From NCBI RefSeq assembly GCF_018350175.1, contig NC_058368.1, forward strand, positions 10,478,001 to 10,542,000: 64,000 nucleotides of DNA, written 5' to 3'. The DNA comes from Felis catus (lineage: Eukaryota). The notes beneath the pieces were generated by a model that was not told the origin of the DNA, did not search any database, and saw only the letters and a program-made list of their open reading frames with translations. Numbering within the stretch: the first letter of the stretch is position 1; every line of letters begins with the position of its first letter. This document shows positions 52,556 to 64,000 of the stretch, in pieces. The position numbers and the translations under genes are program-made.

Positions 52556-53399
52556 TGTGGGGGATAAGCTCAGGAATCCCCCGGGTTTACACCAATGGGT
52601 TAACAAGGCATAAAGAAATACAAAGCCATAAAATGCTCACATCCGAGTTTGGGTAAACCAGATTGGCACTCCAAGAATAGGGGGGTGCAAAGGCACCCCG
52701 AGAATAGGGAGGCGCAAAGGTGCCAGAAATAGGGAGGTGCAAAGGCATCCCAAAATAGAGAGGGGGTGCAGAGACCCCAGAATAGAGAGGGAGAGGCAAA
52801 GGCCTAATGTAGGAATGGCGCAAAGGTACCCAATACATAGGTATATGAAATAAACAAGATTAGATGTTCAGGGTAGAAGCACCCCCAATTTAGTATTATA
52901 GCAGCTTTCACAGAGGATAGGGCCAGGTTAAGTAAATGTGTGAATGGGACTATGGACCACTGAACTGCAGGCAAAGCAGCCCAAAGTGGAGATGGTTAAC
53001 AAAAGAAAAGGTGCCATGTCAATCCTCAGGTTATTCCCCCTATCTGTCTCATCCCCTAGGCCGGCAAAGATAAACAGGCACAGCGCCTCCTGTCTGCTGT
53101 TAAGAACCATCTACCCATCTGCCTGGTGCTGGATTTTGTTTTATATTGACCCAAACCCCAAACACTGTATATCTTCAATATCCCCCTTTTCCCTCATGTC
53201 CGCAAGTTAATGTTCAGTTTCTTTGTCTCTTTGTGCATGCCCATCATGTTTGTAAGCCTTCTGATCTTAATAAATATGGGACAAGGACCCTTATTTGGGG
53301 CTCTTGTCTTCTCCCTGACATTAACCATCTCTCGCTTTTCATCCTACATCCTGCTGTCTGGCTAGACAAGAGACAACTTTAGATTCAGAGTCTACGATA
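52556..53399 (+). mobile_element. Solo ERV LTR (844 bp) with an internal tandem array
   Basis: TGTGGGG...CTACGATA (terminal CA mutated), with an exact 6-bp TSD GGAGGT at 52550-52555 and 53400-53405. AATAAA at ~53269. Confidence 0.88.
52670..52835 (+). repeat. Six degenerate ~25-29-bp tandem units (AATAGGGAGGTGCAAAGGCACC-like)
   Basis: The core GCAAAGG (once GCAGAGA) recurs six times, five of them preceded by AATAG and a G-rich linker. Confidence 0.85.
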
Positions 53400-53879
53400 G
53401 GAGGTTACAGTTCTATGTATTGGAATCCAGAAGTGACAGCCCATTGCCTTTGCAATATACTTTGTTAGAGGCAAATCACAAGTCACACCTACACCCAGGA
53501 GAAGAGGATTGCTCAGACTCGTGAATACCATGAGACAAGGATCATTGGGGTCCATCTGAAAGTCTGAGTATCATAACCTCCCTCATGTTCTGTCTGCCTT
53601 GGCCAGTTTTTGACAACTAGATTCAAAAGCTTTCCCCCCACACCCCCTAAATTTTATACTGTTTTTATAGTTTTTCTCAGTGGAAAGTTTGGTCTTTTTC
53701 CCCCCTCCTCAGCAACATTTTGTTTATTGTACTTTCATCCCCAGTATCATTTCACATGTTCATTTCCCAGTGCTAATTTAAAAGAAAATTTACCCACATT
53801 AGGAATTAATTTAATAATTAATTAGGGTTGGTGTTCACAGCAGCCCTTAAATATATTTATTAGAATAGAAATTTACCTG

Positions 53880-55653
53880 TTCCACCAAAAAACTGCTAGA
53901 ACTGATACATGAATTCAGCAAAGTCACAGGTACAGAAATCAGATGCATTTCTATACACCAATAGTGAAGCAGCAGAAGGAGATACCAAGGAATCAATCCC
54001 ATTTACAATTGCACTAAAAACCATAAAATACCTAGGAATAAACTAACCAAAGAGGCAAAAGATCTGTACACTGAAAGCTATAGAAAGCTTATGAAAGAAA
54101 TTGAAGAAGACACAAAGAAACAGAAAAACATTCCATGCTCATGGATCAGGAGAAAAAATATTGTTAAAATGTTGATACTATCCAAAGCAATTTACACATT
54201 CAATGCAACCCCTGTCAAAATAACACCAGCATTCTTCATAGACCTAGAACAAACAATTCTGAAATCTGTATGGAAACAGAAAAGACCCCGAGTAGCCAAA
54301 GCAACCCTGAAAAAGAAAACCAAAGCTGGAGGCATCATAATTCTGGACTTTAAGCTGCAATACAAAGATGAAATCATCAAGACAGTATAGTACTGGGTGC
54401 AAAAACAGACACATAGATCAATGGAACAGAATAGAGAACCCATAAATGGACACAAAAATGTATGGCGAATTAATCTTCGACAAATCAGGAAAGAATATCC
54501 AATGGAAAAAAGATAGTATCCAGCACATGGTGTTGGTAAAACAGGACAAACTGAGGGTTGGTGGAGGTGGGAGGTTGGGGAGAGGGTTAAATGGGTGATG
54601 GGCATTAAGGAGGGCACTTGGGAGGAGCACTGGGTATTATACATAAACAATGAATCACTGGGTTCTACTCCTGAAGCAAACACTATATTGCATGTTAACT
54701 AACTTGAGAATAATAAAAAAAGAACTTATCAAACTCAACACCCAAAAAACAAATAATCCAGTGAAGAAATGGGCAAAAGACATGAATAGACACTTTTCCA
54801 AAGAAGACATCTAGATGACTGACACATGAAAGGATCCTCAACATCACTCATCATCAAGAAAATACAAATCAAAACCACAACGAGATACCACCTCACACCT
54901 GTCAGAATAGCTAAAATGAACAACACAGGAAACAACAGGTATTGGCAAGAATGAGGAGTAAGGGGGACACTGTTGTACTGCTGGTGGGAATGCAAACTGG
55001 TGCAGCCACTCTGGAAAACAGTATGGAGGTTCCTCAAAAAATTAAAAACAGAGCTACCCTACAACCCAGCGATTGCACTACTAGGTATTTATCCAAAGGA
55101 TACAAAAATACTGATTCGAAGGGGCACATGCATGCCAATGATAGCAGCACTATCAACAAGAGCCAAATTATGGAAGGAGCTCAAATGTCCATTGACTGAC
55201 AAATGGATAAAGAAGAAGTGGTATATATATGCAATGGAACACCATTTGGCGATGAAAAAGAATGGCATCTTGCCATTTGCAACAATGTGGATGGAACTGG
55301 AAGGTATTACGCTAAATGAAATGAATCAGTCAGAGAAAGATAAATACCATATGATTTCACTCATATGTGGAGTTTAAGAAACAAAACAGATGAACATAGG
55401 GGGAGGGAAGGAAAAATAAGATGAAAACAGAGAGGGAGGCGAATAATAAGAGACTTAAATACAGAGAACAAACTGAGGGTTGCTGGAGGGGTTTTGGGTG
55501 GGGAGATGGGCTAAATGGGTGATGGGGATTAAGGAGAGCAGTTGTTGAGATGAGCACTGGATGTTATATGTATGTAAGATGACTCACTAAATTCTTCTGA
55601 AGCCGTTATTACACTATATTTACTAACTTAGATTTAAATAAAATTTTCAAAAA
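53880..55653 (+). mobile_element. 5'-truncated carnivore L1 containing an internal extra L1 3' end (54545-54720)
   Basis: ORF2 pieces [19 protein letters not shown] and [22 protein letters not shown]. The 3' UTR appears twice (54545-54720 and 55465-55650). Confidence 0.93.
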
Positions 55654-55719
55654 AGGAAAGTTTGGTCTAATGTAAGTTATCCCATCAATGCTACAAGTGG
55701 AAAAACAATATGCAGGTAC

Positions 55720-56510
55720 TTTTTTTTATTATGGGAAGATACAGACAACACAAGATTTACCATTTTAACCATGTTATGTTATATGCAATCCAGTAGCAGC
55801 AGTCAGTGCATTCAGGTGGTTGTGCAACCATCGTTGCTACCTAATTCTAAAACATTTTCATCACCCTATATCCAGAATATATACCAGAATATATACCAGA
55901 AACCCGATATCCATTAATCAGTCACTCTGATTCCCTCTCCTCTAGGCCTTGGAAATGGCAAATCTTTCCGTGTCTATGAATTTGCCTACTCTGAACATTT
56001 CATATGAATTGAATTATATGATATGTGGCTTTTTGTGTCTGGCTTATTTCACTTTGCATAATTGAAAACAAGGCTCATCCATGTTGTAGCATCGGTCAGT
56101 ACTTTTCTATTTACGGATGAATGGTAGTCAATTTATGAATGTGCTGTAGTAACTTTTAATTTACACACCCGTATCATGCTGTAGATATCATTATGCTTCT
56201 CACTCTGTTTTGACTCAGTTCCTTTCTTAAAAATTATTTTCCTTGAGGTTTAATGTGCCTCAAGTCACCTTGAGGCACAAAATCTTCCAATAGTAAGTGT
56301 AAAACTGGAAGAACTTTGACAAATATATGCATTTGTGAACCTACAATCACCATTTTATAAAAAATTTTCATCTCTTAAACCGTTCCCTCATATTCCCCTG
56401 TTGTCAATCCCGTCCACCGGTCAGAGGCCCTGGGTGGTCAGTGATCTCCTTTTTTGTCATCATAGTTTTGCTTTTTCTAGAATTTCATATAAGTGAAATC
56501 ATTACGTACA
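55720..56510 (-). mobile_element. Old L1M 3'-end fragments
   Basis: tttaccattttaacc..gttgtgcaaccatc; tttgcctactctgaacatttcatatgaa; a second copy of the motif near 56465. Confidence 0.7.
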
Positions 56511-57814
56511 GCATCCAATGAATGGGGTTTCCATAGATAATAGAGAAATTGGAGAGCAGAAATTGTCCAAGAAATATTTTTCTCCAATCTTCTAATTAAA
56601 AGATTCTATCCTATGTCTAGCACAATCTCTGTCTCTCAAAAATAAATAAACATAAAAAGTTAAAAAAAAATTCTTCAAGACCTTACCATCACCTAGGACA
56701 AAATCTAACTTCTATTTACAATCCACCAAATTCTTCATAAATCTGAACCTTAGTTCTCAAATCAGCAACAAAGCAAAACATAAAAACCTCCCACACTTAC
56801 ACACAACAAAGTGAAATTTAATAGAACTAAGGATAAAAGGACAATCTAAAAGATCCATGAAGGAAACCATAGGACTCTTACATGAAAGGGAGAATAAGAG
56901 ACAGAGCATCAAGCAATTCCAAATGTCTGAATCAGATGGATCAACGTCTTCAATGTGCTGAGAGAAAGTGATTTAGAACTTGGGGTGGTATATAAGCCAC
57001 ACTATCAGTCAAGTGTGATGAGCCAGTAAATACATTATTAAATATGCCAAGATGCAGAAATTTTATTTCTCATGCACTATGCACTACCTTTTAGGAAATT
57101 ATTCATGTTCCAGCCAAATGAGTAAACAAAGGAAGGGGTCCAGAAAACAATGGTTCCTACTCTGTTGAACAGTAAACGTCCCAGAGTGACAGAATGCAGC
57201 AGGCCTAGAGAACAATCTGTCCAGATGGCAGCGGGAAGATGGACAGCCCAGGAGGGAGATCTTGTGGGGAAAAAGACAATACATAGACCACAGTACCATA
57301 GAGATGCTGGATGAACTTAAGAATATAATGGGAGGAAATTCTGGGAAGGCAATTAGTGTTTCAGAAAGTAAAAGCTGTAAAGGCAAGAAACATCATCGAA
57401 ACACACAAGTTCTGCAGTGAACACTATTTAACGGGCATGATAATGTCAGTATGTCATCGATATTTAAAACTTGAAAAATCCACCTACAGAAAAAGAACAG
57501 AAAATTGTTACAGAACAGCATGTACAAACTGTGAAAGTAAAAGCACAGTTGACAAAATTTAGGAAGGGGTGTGGAGTGGGAAGAAGAGGTGAAGGAAAGG
57601 GTAGGAAAGCTATTATCCTTATATTACAATCTGACGGGCGGAAAGGCAATATATAGAATTGATGCTATAAGAAATAGAAGTTTAACTATATTATTGGAAG
57701 TTTAAAAAGGTAGAGAGATACATAGGTGATATAAATGTATTAGGAGGTAGGGAATGTGGGTAACGGGATCCCTAAAGCTGCTAAGGAAAAAATGATAGTA
57801 AAAGTGTATTTTCT

Positions 57815-58036
57815 TTCTTTTTAAAAAAATTTTTAAATGTTTATTTCTTTTTGATAGAGAGAGACAGAGAGTGAGCGGGGGAGAGGCAGAGAGAGACAGA
57901 GACACAGAATCTGAAGCAGGCTACAGGCTCTCAGCCGTCAGCACAGAGCCCGACGCGGGGCTCGAACTCAGGGACTGTGAGATCATGACCTAAGCCAAAG
58001 TCAGATGCTTAACTGACTGAGTTACCCAGGTGCCCC
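57815..58036 (-). mobile_element. Can-SINE
   Basis: Imperfect TSD aaagt(g/c)tattttc. Confidence 0.94.
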
Positions 58037-58361
58037 ATAAAGTCTATTTTCCAAACATACACTGATGAACACCAGAAGAATTAGAAACAAGTGCTGAAAA
58101 GTGCTTGCCCTGGGGATCTGGACTGGGGGAGGACAGGATCGGGGAAGGAACATTTGCTTTTAGTTATAGACCTTCGGTACTACTTTTTAAAACTATATAC
58201 ATGGGTTATTTTGATCAAATGTGAAGGAACAAACAACTCAAAAGCAGTGCAATTAAGAAGATGGTGCTGATTTGAGAACTTGGGTTCATTTTTATGAAGA
58301 ATTTGATGGATTGTAAATAGAAGTTAGATTTTGTTCTAGGTGATGGTAAGATCTTGAAGAA

Positions 58362-58575
58362 TTTTTTTTTTAAGTTTTCTTAAATGTTATTTTTGAGAGA
58401 CAGAGACAGAGCATGAGCAGGGGAGGAACAGAGAAAGAGGGAGACACAGAATCCGAAGCAGGCTCCAGACTGAGCTGTCTGCACAGAGCCCGACGCGGGA
58501 CTTGAACTCAGGAACTGTGAGATCATGACCTTAGCCGAGGTCAGATGCTTAACCAACCGAGCCACCCATGTGCCC
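58362..58575 (-). mobile_element. Can-SINE
   Basis: TSD cttgaagaattttt. Confidence 0.94.
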
Positions 58576-59522
58576 TTGAAGAATTTTTATCAGGGGAAAA
58601 GTTTACAACAATTTGCCTACTAGAGAAAGATTTTGCGGGGTTGATTATGTGGTATATAAGAAGAGAGACAGGTAATAGTAAGGGTACCATTGCACTAGAT
58701 CAAGTAAGAGGTGATGAGGGCCTGAGCCAGAGGGGTGGGAATAGGAGGCGAGGAAGAAGGTTGGCTTGGGAATGGGTATGTGGTGGAGCCATTCCCAGAG
58801 GTGAAGGAGAAAGGAAGCCAAGCTGATTTAGGGAGGAGGAAGGTAAAGAGTTTAGATTTGGTCATATTGCATTGGAAGTACCTAAAGTGGTCTCTGGAAG
58901 GCCACTGAACCAGTTAGGAACATGGGTGGGCAGCTCTCCACGGATGTTTGGGGCAAAAACACAAACCTACCTACTATCCATAGAAGCCATGATTGTGGGC
59001 TAAAGCACTCCCAGATTACAGGAGGAGGAGCCACGGGCCAGGAAAGCATTGCAAAAAACATGAAAGTTAACGCGGTAGGCAGAGGAACAGGAGCGTCCTG
59101 GGGACAGGGTGCCTCAGAGGACATCTGGCCCATCCTGATTAGGACACATCTCAGCCTAAGCACCACTGTCAAGGTTCAGATTTACTCTTTATTTCAGAAC
59201 TCCTGGGGGTAGTCACTGCTTGAAACACACTTTATTTTCACATTCTCTATCACAATTGTCTTGTTACATGGCAAAAACCCGGCAGTCATTTAGTGACAAA
59301 CATAATATCCAGGCTGTAGAAAATAACCAGAAAACCGAATGAACTTTTCATCTTTTCACTTGTTATGTAGCATACAATTTTAGTTGCATAAGAGCAGTTG
59401 GCTTTCAGTCAGCACATTACTGGTACTTATTTTTCAGGTAGTGTTGGGCTATATTCTCCTGGTTATCTATTTCAGTACAGGCAAGTTACCTCCTTTCCTT
59501 TTCTAACATTAAAAGCAACCGC

Positions 59523-59750
59523 GGGGGGCGCCTGGGTGGCGCAGTCGGTTAAGCGTCCGACTTCAGCCAGGTCACCATCTCGCGGTCCGGGAGTTCGAGC
59601 CCCGCGTCAGGCTCTGGGCTGATGGCTCGGAGCCTGGAGCCTGTTTCCGATTCTGTGTCTCCCTCTCTCTCTGCCCCTCCCTCGTTCATGCTCTGTCTCT
59701 CTCTGTCCCAAAACTAAATAAACGTTGAAAAAAAAAATTAAAAAAAAAAA
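59523..59750 (+). mobile_element. Young felid Can-SINE
   Basis: CpG-rich with a long A tail; TSD aaaagcaacc(g/a)c. Confidence 0.96.
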
Positions 59751-59782
59751 AAAAGCAACCACGGGGGGTGGGGGCGGTTGCT

Positions 59783-59987
59783 GGTGCCTGGGTGGCTCAG
59801 TCGGTTAAGCCTCAGACTTTGGCCCAGGTCGTGATCTCACGATTTGTGGGTTCGAGCCCCATGTTGGGCCCGGTGCTGACAGCTCGGAGCCTGGAGCCTG
59901 ATTTGATTCTGTGTCTCCCTCTCTCTCTGCTCCTCCCCCACTTGCACTCAGTCTTTGTCTCTCTCCCTCAAAAATCAACATTAAAAA
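59783..59987 (+). mobile_element. Older Can-SINE in tandem with the previous one
   Basis: Head ggtgcctgggtggctcagtcgg; diverged tail followed by agcaac. Confidence 0.92.
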
Positions 59988-62789
59988 CCAGCAACTAGGT
60001 ATTTGGAAAAAGTAATATCAGTCTGGACATGAAATCCACCTGGGAAAAGATAATCTGAACAATTTATTGATACATTTAAACATGAAAACAAGTAGAATTA
60101 ATGTATACAGCTGTACTACAACATGCCAAGAGTATAATGTCTCCATGGAAACCAATTATGCTTCCCTTTCTCATGGCCACCAAGATTGGGAGAACTGGGA
60201 ACATAAAAACCAAAGTAAACTCTTGACTTGACAGATGGGTCATAAATATCAAGTGTGTTCTCTCAGTGGAGGCATGACGTCTCCTGCAAGATGATCTATA
60301 CCACAAACACTTGGGCACACGGCTTCCATATGTCGCATATGTTATAAGATGGCTCTATTTCTCTTAACCCAGACTCAGCATCCAGCCTCGTTACTACAGA
60401 CTAACAGTGTGATGAATGATGTTTCCTTTATTATTTCATAGCATTTGACTTATATGTTTTCGTCTTAAATGGGTCCACAGAGATAGTAATTTAAATCATT
60501 TTGTTGACCTGAGGTTGAATGATAGGTCATTCAGTCAACACACATACATATGCACACACACACACAAGGGGGGAGAGAGGAAAGGAGGGAGGGAGGGAGG
60601 GAGGGAGAGAAACTTGTAAGAAGAATGGCGATATGAGAATCCATAGCCAGCATGACCATCAACAAAGAAAGTACACTAGTAGATGTTCATCGGCATTTAA
60701 CTAAGCCAAATTTTCCGAGAATGAACTATTTCTTTCCAAATCAACATATACAGAAAGAAAGAAATATCCCGACTCTGCAGTTTTAAGTGGCAAAACCAGA
60801 TGTGGAAGTCCATGGAAGAGACAGTGGGAGGTACAATCTTGTTATAGAACGTGACCTTCTTTAGAGCTCATTTAGGAGTCTCCCTTGGGCTGAACAGGTT
60901 AGCCAATGAATTCTGAAGAATGTAAACTAGACAGTAGGAGGGTTCTCTAAGACTGAATTTTAAACACTTCATAACTCTGCAAGTATGAGGACAACTGATC
61001 TGTGTCATGGTCTGGAACAGAAAGTGACAACTTTGTTTAGATAGTAGAACCACTCAAAATAAAGAATTCATTTTAGAGATCCACAAATATTGAGTTTATT
61101 GCCTCATGAAGCTAGGAACCATTTCAGATATGTGAAATGATGTATTTGGGGGAAAAAAAACATGTGAAAGATTTAGCAAGATAACCAGATTCTGAATTTT
61201 CTGTAAATACTTGTTTGATATTGACCCACTAAATTTGGTCATCTGCTGCTCTTTGTTAACAGATAAGCAACAATAGCTTCACATGCATGAACACTATGGC
61301 AGAGAAATCTTAAGATCAAGAATAGTTTAGTTCATGTATTTCTCCCCCCCCCCCCCCCCCAGGTAATTGGGAAAATACTATTGTTAAAATTTGAGCACTA
61401 GAATACATTAGCCCATCTCACTGGGAAACTATTCTGTAGGAGTACCTTTTTGAGATTCACTGTTTTAGCCAAACAGAAAGCAATTCCAAGGCATCAGAAG
61501 AGTGTGACGCACATTTTCCCTTCATTACTGAAGTAAATATTTGCTTAGCTCATTTAAAAAAAAAAGGAACCGAGTTCTCGATTTGTCATGTTGATTCAAG
61601 AGCCAGCAAATCCTTCTGTCTGTATTAAATGGTGAATTAATAAAACAATACTTCACCTTACTCTGGAAATTCAAGGCCCTTAAACTATGGCTGCAATTTA
61701 AAGTAAATAAGTAAAAATTGCTGTCATTCTCTTCAGGCCGGTTTGCAGTATCTAAAATTCAGCTAAGAAAAGAATTATTGCAAACGTCAATAGTCAGGAT
61801 AATGCCGTGGACTTCAGGCAAAATCCCAAAGAAAGCCTGCAAAGTGAAAAGCAAAAGGAGAGAAGGATGGGAAGAATACTGAGAGAGCAGAAGAGAACAA
61901 AAATAAACAAGAGACACTGAGTTTTGGACAGAGATAATGGTAATTAGAAAAAAACATTTTTTTTTATAAGAATGGCCTTTTTGGTCTCCCCTCCAAATTT
62001 GTCAGGGCAAGGAAAGGTAGGTACATGGTTTTGAATCTAAAAATTGTTAAGAGTCACTACATTGAGAATCAAACCCACAGGAAGTGTAGATTGAGGGAAG
62101 CTTATAAGGGATCTCTTAAGGGAGAGATGCAAATTAAAAACATCCTCCCGACTGCATCACCATCATAAAGCTGATACCCAGGCCTTTTTCTTGTACTTCC
62201 AGTGTTGGCTTTGCAGTGGAAGTTGAGGGGCTCCAACATTCCTACTACTCAGGGCTAGCCACGATCTATACCCATACCTGTTCATTCAAGGGAGAAACTT
62301 TTAGCTCCATTCAGGGATACAGATTGGCATGGAAATAGGTCCCGTATTCTTGTTCTGATGGAAAAAGGTCTCTCTAAATCTGAACTTACTCCCACTGGCT
62401 AACCTTTCCTGAAGGCTTAGCTGTCTCTTTGGCTCACCTTGCTGAATACATTTCAGCTCTGGAGCTGGAGAGGAATGCTCAGACCTGTTGTGAATTGGGG
62501 GCACTCACACTAATTTTATTCCTCTATTCTATCCCCTCTTCCTTCAATATAGCTGTTCTGAGTCTCCAATATATGCCAGACCACTGTTCTTGGCACTGAA
62601 GATGGTGTTGTCAACTTTTAAAGAGTATACATCTAAGGGAAGGGAAAAAGAAAATGAAGACAAAATTTATGTTTCAGATATTTATATTACCTGTGAAGGA
62701 AATAAGACGATGTGGTAGAGAATAACTTATAGGGAAGTTCAGGAAAGACCTTTTGGTGAAGTGACAAGAATAAAAGTGGCCCCACTCTT

Positions 62790-63230
62790 CCCGTGAGAAT
62801 GGGAAACTTCTTTGTCTTCTTGACTTAGCCTGCTATGGTTTCATGGGTACTGACAGAAGACACAAGATGCCGGGTCAGGGACAAAGCACTTTATTTCTCA
62901 TGACACAGAAAGCCACAGGAATGTTCACTCAGTTCCTCCTGCCCCCAAATCCAATGGGGATGATATACAGATTGCAGATGAAGGACTCAGAGCTTTGGGA
63001 ACCTCCATCTTTTTAATAGGTTCCAAGCAAACGTGCTTATCTATAGCCTCAGAAACACATTATCATACGGAACAGTAAACAAAACTTGATTCACAATGAG
63101 GCACAACTTTTATCCTTTATGGCTTTTTGCTATACAGACACCCTTGTAAAGGTGGTCTGGAACAAAAGCTTTCAATGCCTCTACTTGTAGGATAAGCAAA
63201 AACAGGAGAGACCTGTGGAGAAATGCCTTC
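62790..63230 (-). mobile_element. Ancient LTR-like element related to 37535-38100
   Basis: agcctgctatggtttcatgggtactgacagaagacacaagatgccgggtcagggacaaagcactttatt aligns with 37591-37662. Confidence 0.55.
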
Positions 63231-63289
63231 TAAAAATGGGATTCTGATTAGTGATGTTCATCAGTGGGGCTAAATTTCAGAGCTCTCTT

Positions 63290-63522
63290 ATGGTTGGGTG
63301 GGCCATGTGACTACTTCCAGCCAATGAGTTGTGAGCCACCACTGCTGATGTAGAACATTCCAGAACCCTTGTTTCACTCACTCTGGCATAGTGGCTGTCT
63401 TGTTTGAGATAGATATTGGTTGTTCAACCAGACTGAGTCTGGAGTCACTAAAATGAGCAGAACCCTCAGCAGATCCATGATTAAGAGGAACATAAGCAAG
63501 AATTAAACCTTTGTTGTTTAAG
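63290..63522 (+). mobile_element. Old MLT1 LTR fragment
   Basis: gggccatgtgactacttccagccaatgagttgtgagc...agcaagaattaaacctttgttgtttaag. Confidence 0.7.
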
Positions 63523-63523
63523 T

Positions 63524-63733
63524 CAGGGATTGGCGAACTATAGCCCATAGGCCAAACCTTGCCTATTGTCTTTGTGTTACCCATGAACTAAGAATGATTT
63601 TTAACATTCTTAAGTGTTGTTTAAAAAAAAAGTCCTAAATAAGCAGAAAAGAACATGGGGCAGAATCCTATGTGGCCTTCAAAGCCTAAAATTTTTACTA
63701 TTTGGAAACTAGAAAATATTTCCCAATCCATGG
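63524..63733. mobile_element. MER58-type hAT-Charlie MITE
   Basis: CAGGGATTGGCGAACTATAGCCC...TTTCCCAATCCATG termini; internal aaagcctaaaatttttactatttgg. Confidence 0.8.
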
Positions 63734-64000
63734 TGTCTGTAGCCAGTTTGGCTGATATGAAGGAAAACCAAGAAAATATACTATAAGGGAAACGAAGATA
63801 GGAAAAGTGTTTGAAAAAGTAGCCAAATTAAAGCTACCAAATTAAGTGAACAAGGTAAGCTTCTGATAATAAGCCACTGGATTTGAAAATGTGGAAGTTA
63901 CTGGGGACTTGACCAGTTCAGTTTCATTTGGAGAGTCGGGGACAAAAGCGAACCAGCGTGGGTGAGCACGTCAAGTGACAAAATGAACACAACCTGTTCC

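Larger units (their letters stand above)
52165..53575 (-). mobile_element. MLT1-type MaLR LTR interrupted by a younger LTR
   Basis: taacaaactatcataaacttagagactcaaaacaacac...agcaagatggaggt|insert|tacag...gtgaataccatgagacaaggatcattgggg. Confidence 0.8.

Noticed and set aside
52670..52835. Regularly spaced repeats superficially like a CRISPR array
   Set aside because: Mammalian context; degenerate tandem units with no unique spacers and no cas genes; lies inside an LTR.
23500..64000. RXFP2 or another downstream protein-coding gene
   Set aside because: I found no LDLa, LRR or 7TM exons, nor any other recognisable host coding sequence. Small or non-coding exons cannot be excluded by eye.

Overview
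Mammalian genomic DNA, very likely a felid, judged by CpG-rich tRNA-derived Can-SINEs of the cat type and carnivore L1. The only host gene I can support is the 3' end of B3GLCT (beta-1,3-glucosyltransferase) on the + strand. It has three spliced coding exons (1531-1650, 9408-9552, 21290-21457) ending in the KDEL-like signal KEEL, followed by a roughly 2 kb 3' UTR. The remaining ~40 kb is intergenic and mostly transposable-element debris: about 19 Can-SINEs, nested L1s, L2/MIR, MaLR and ERV LTRs, ERV-L gag-pro-pol remnants, and Tigger and MER58-like DNA elements. Nearly all ORFs in the supplied track are repeat-derived or chance ORFs. The most unusual structure is at the start of the window. 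There is an antisense class III ERV 5' end (LTR, degenerate tRNA-Ser PBS, dead gag), and a second ~88%-identical inverted copy of the same gag segment lies on the other side of the in-frame 120-nt B3GLCT exon. I see no evidence for a genuinely new multi-gene system. Repeat family names come from recall of consensus sequences, not from a search, and boundaries without TSDs are approximate.
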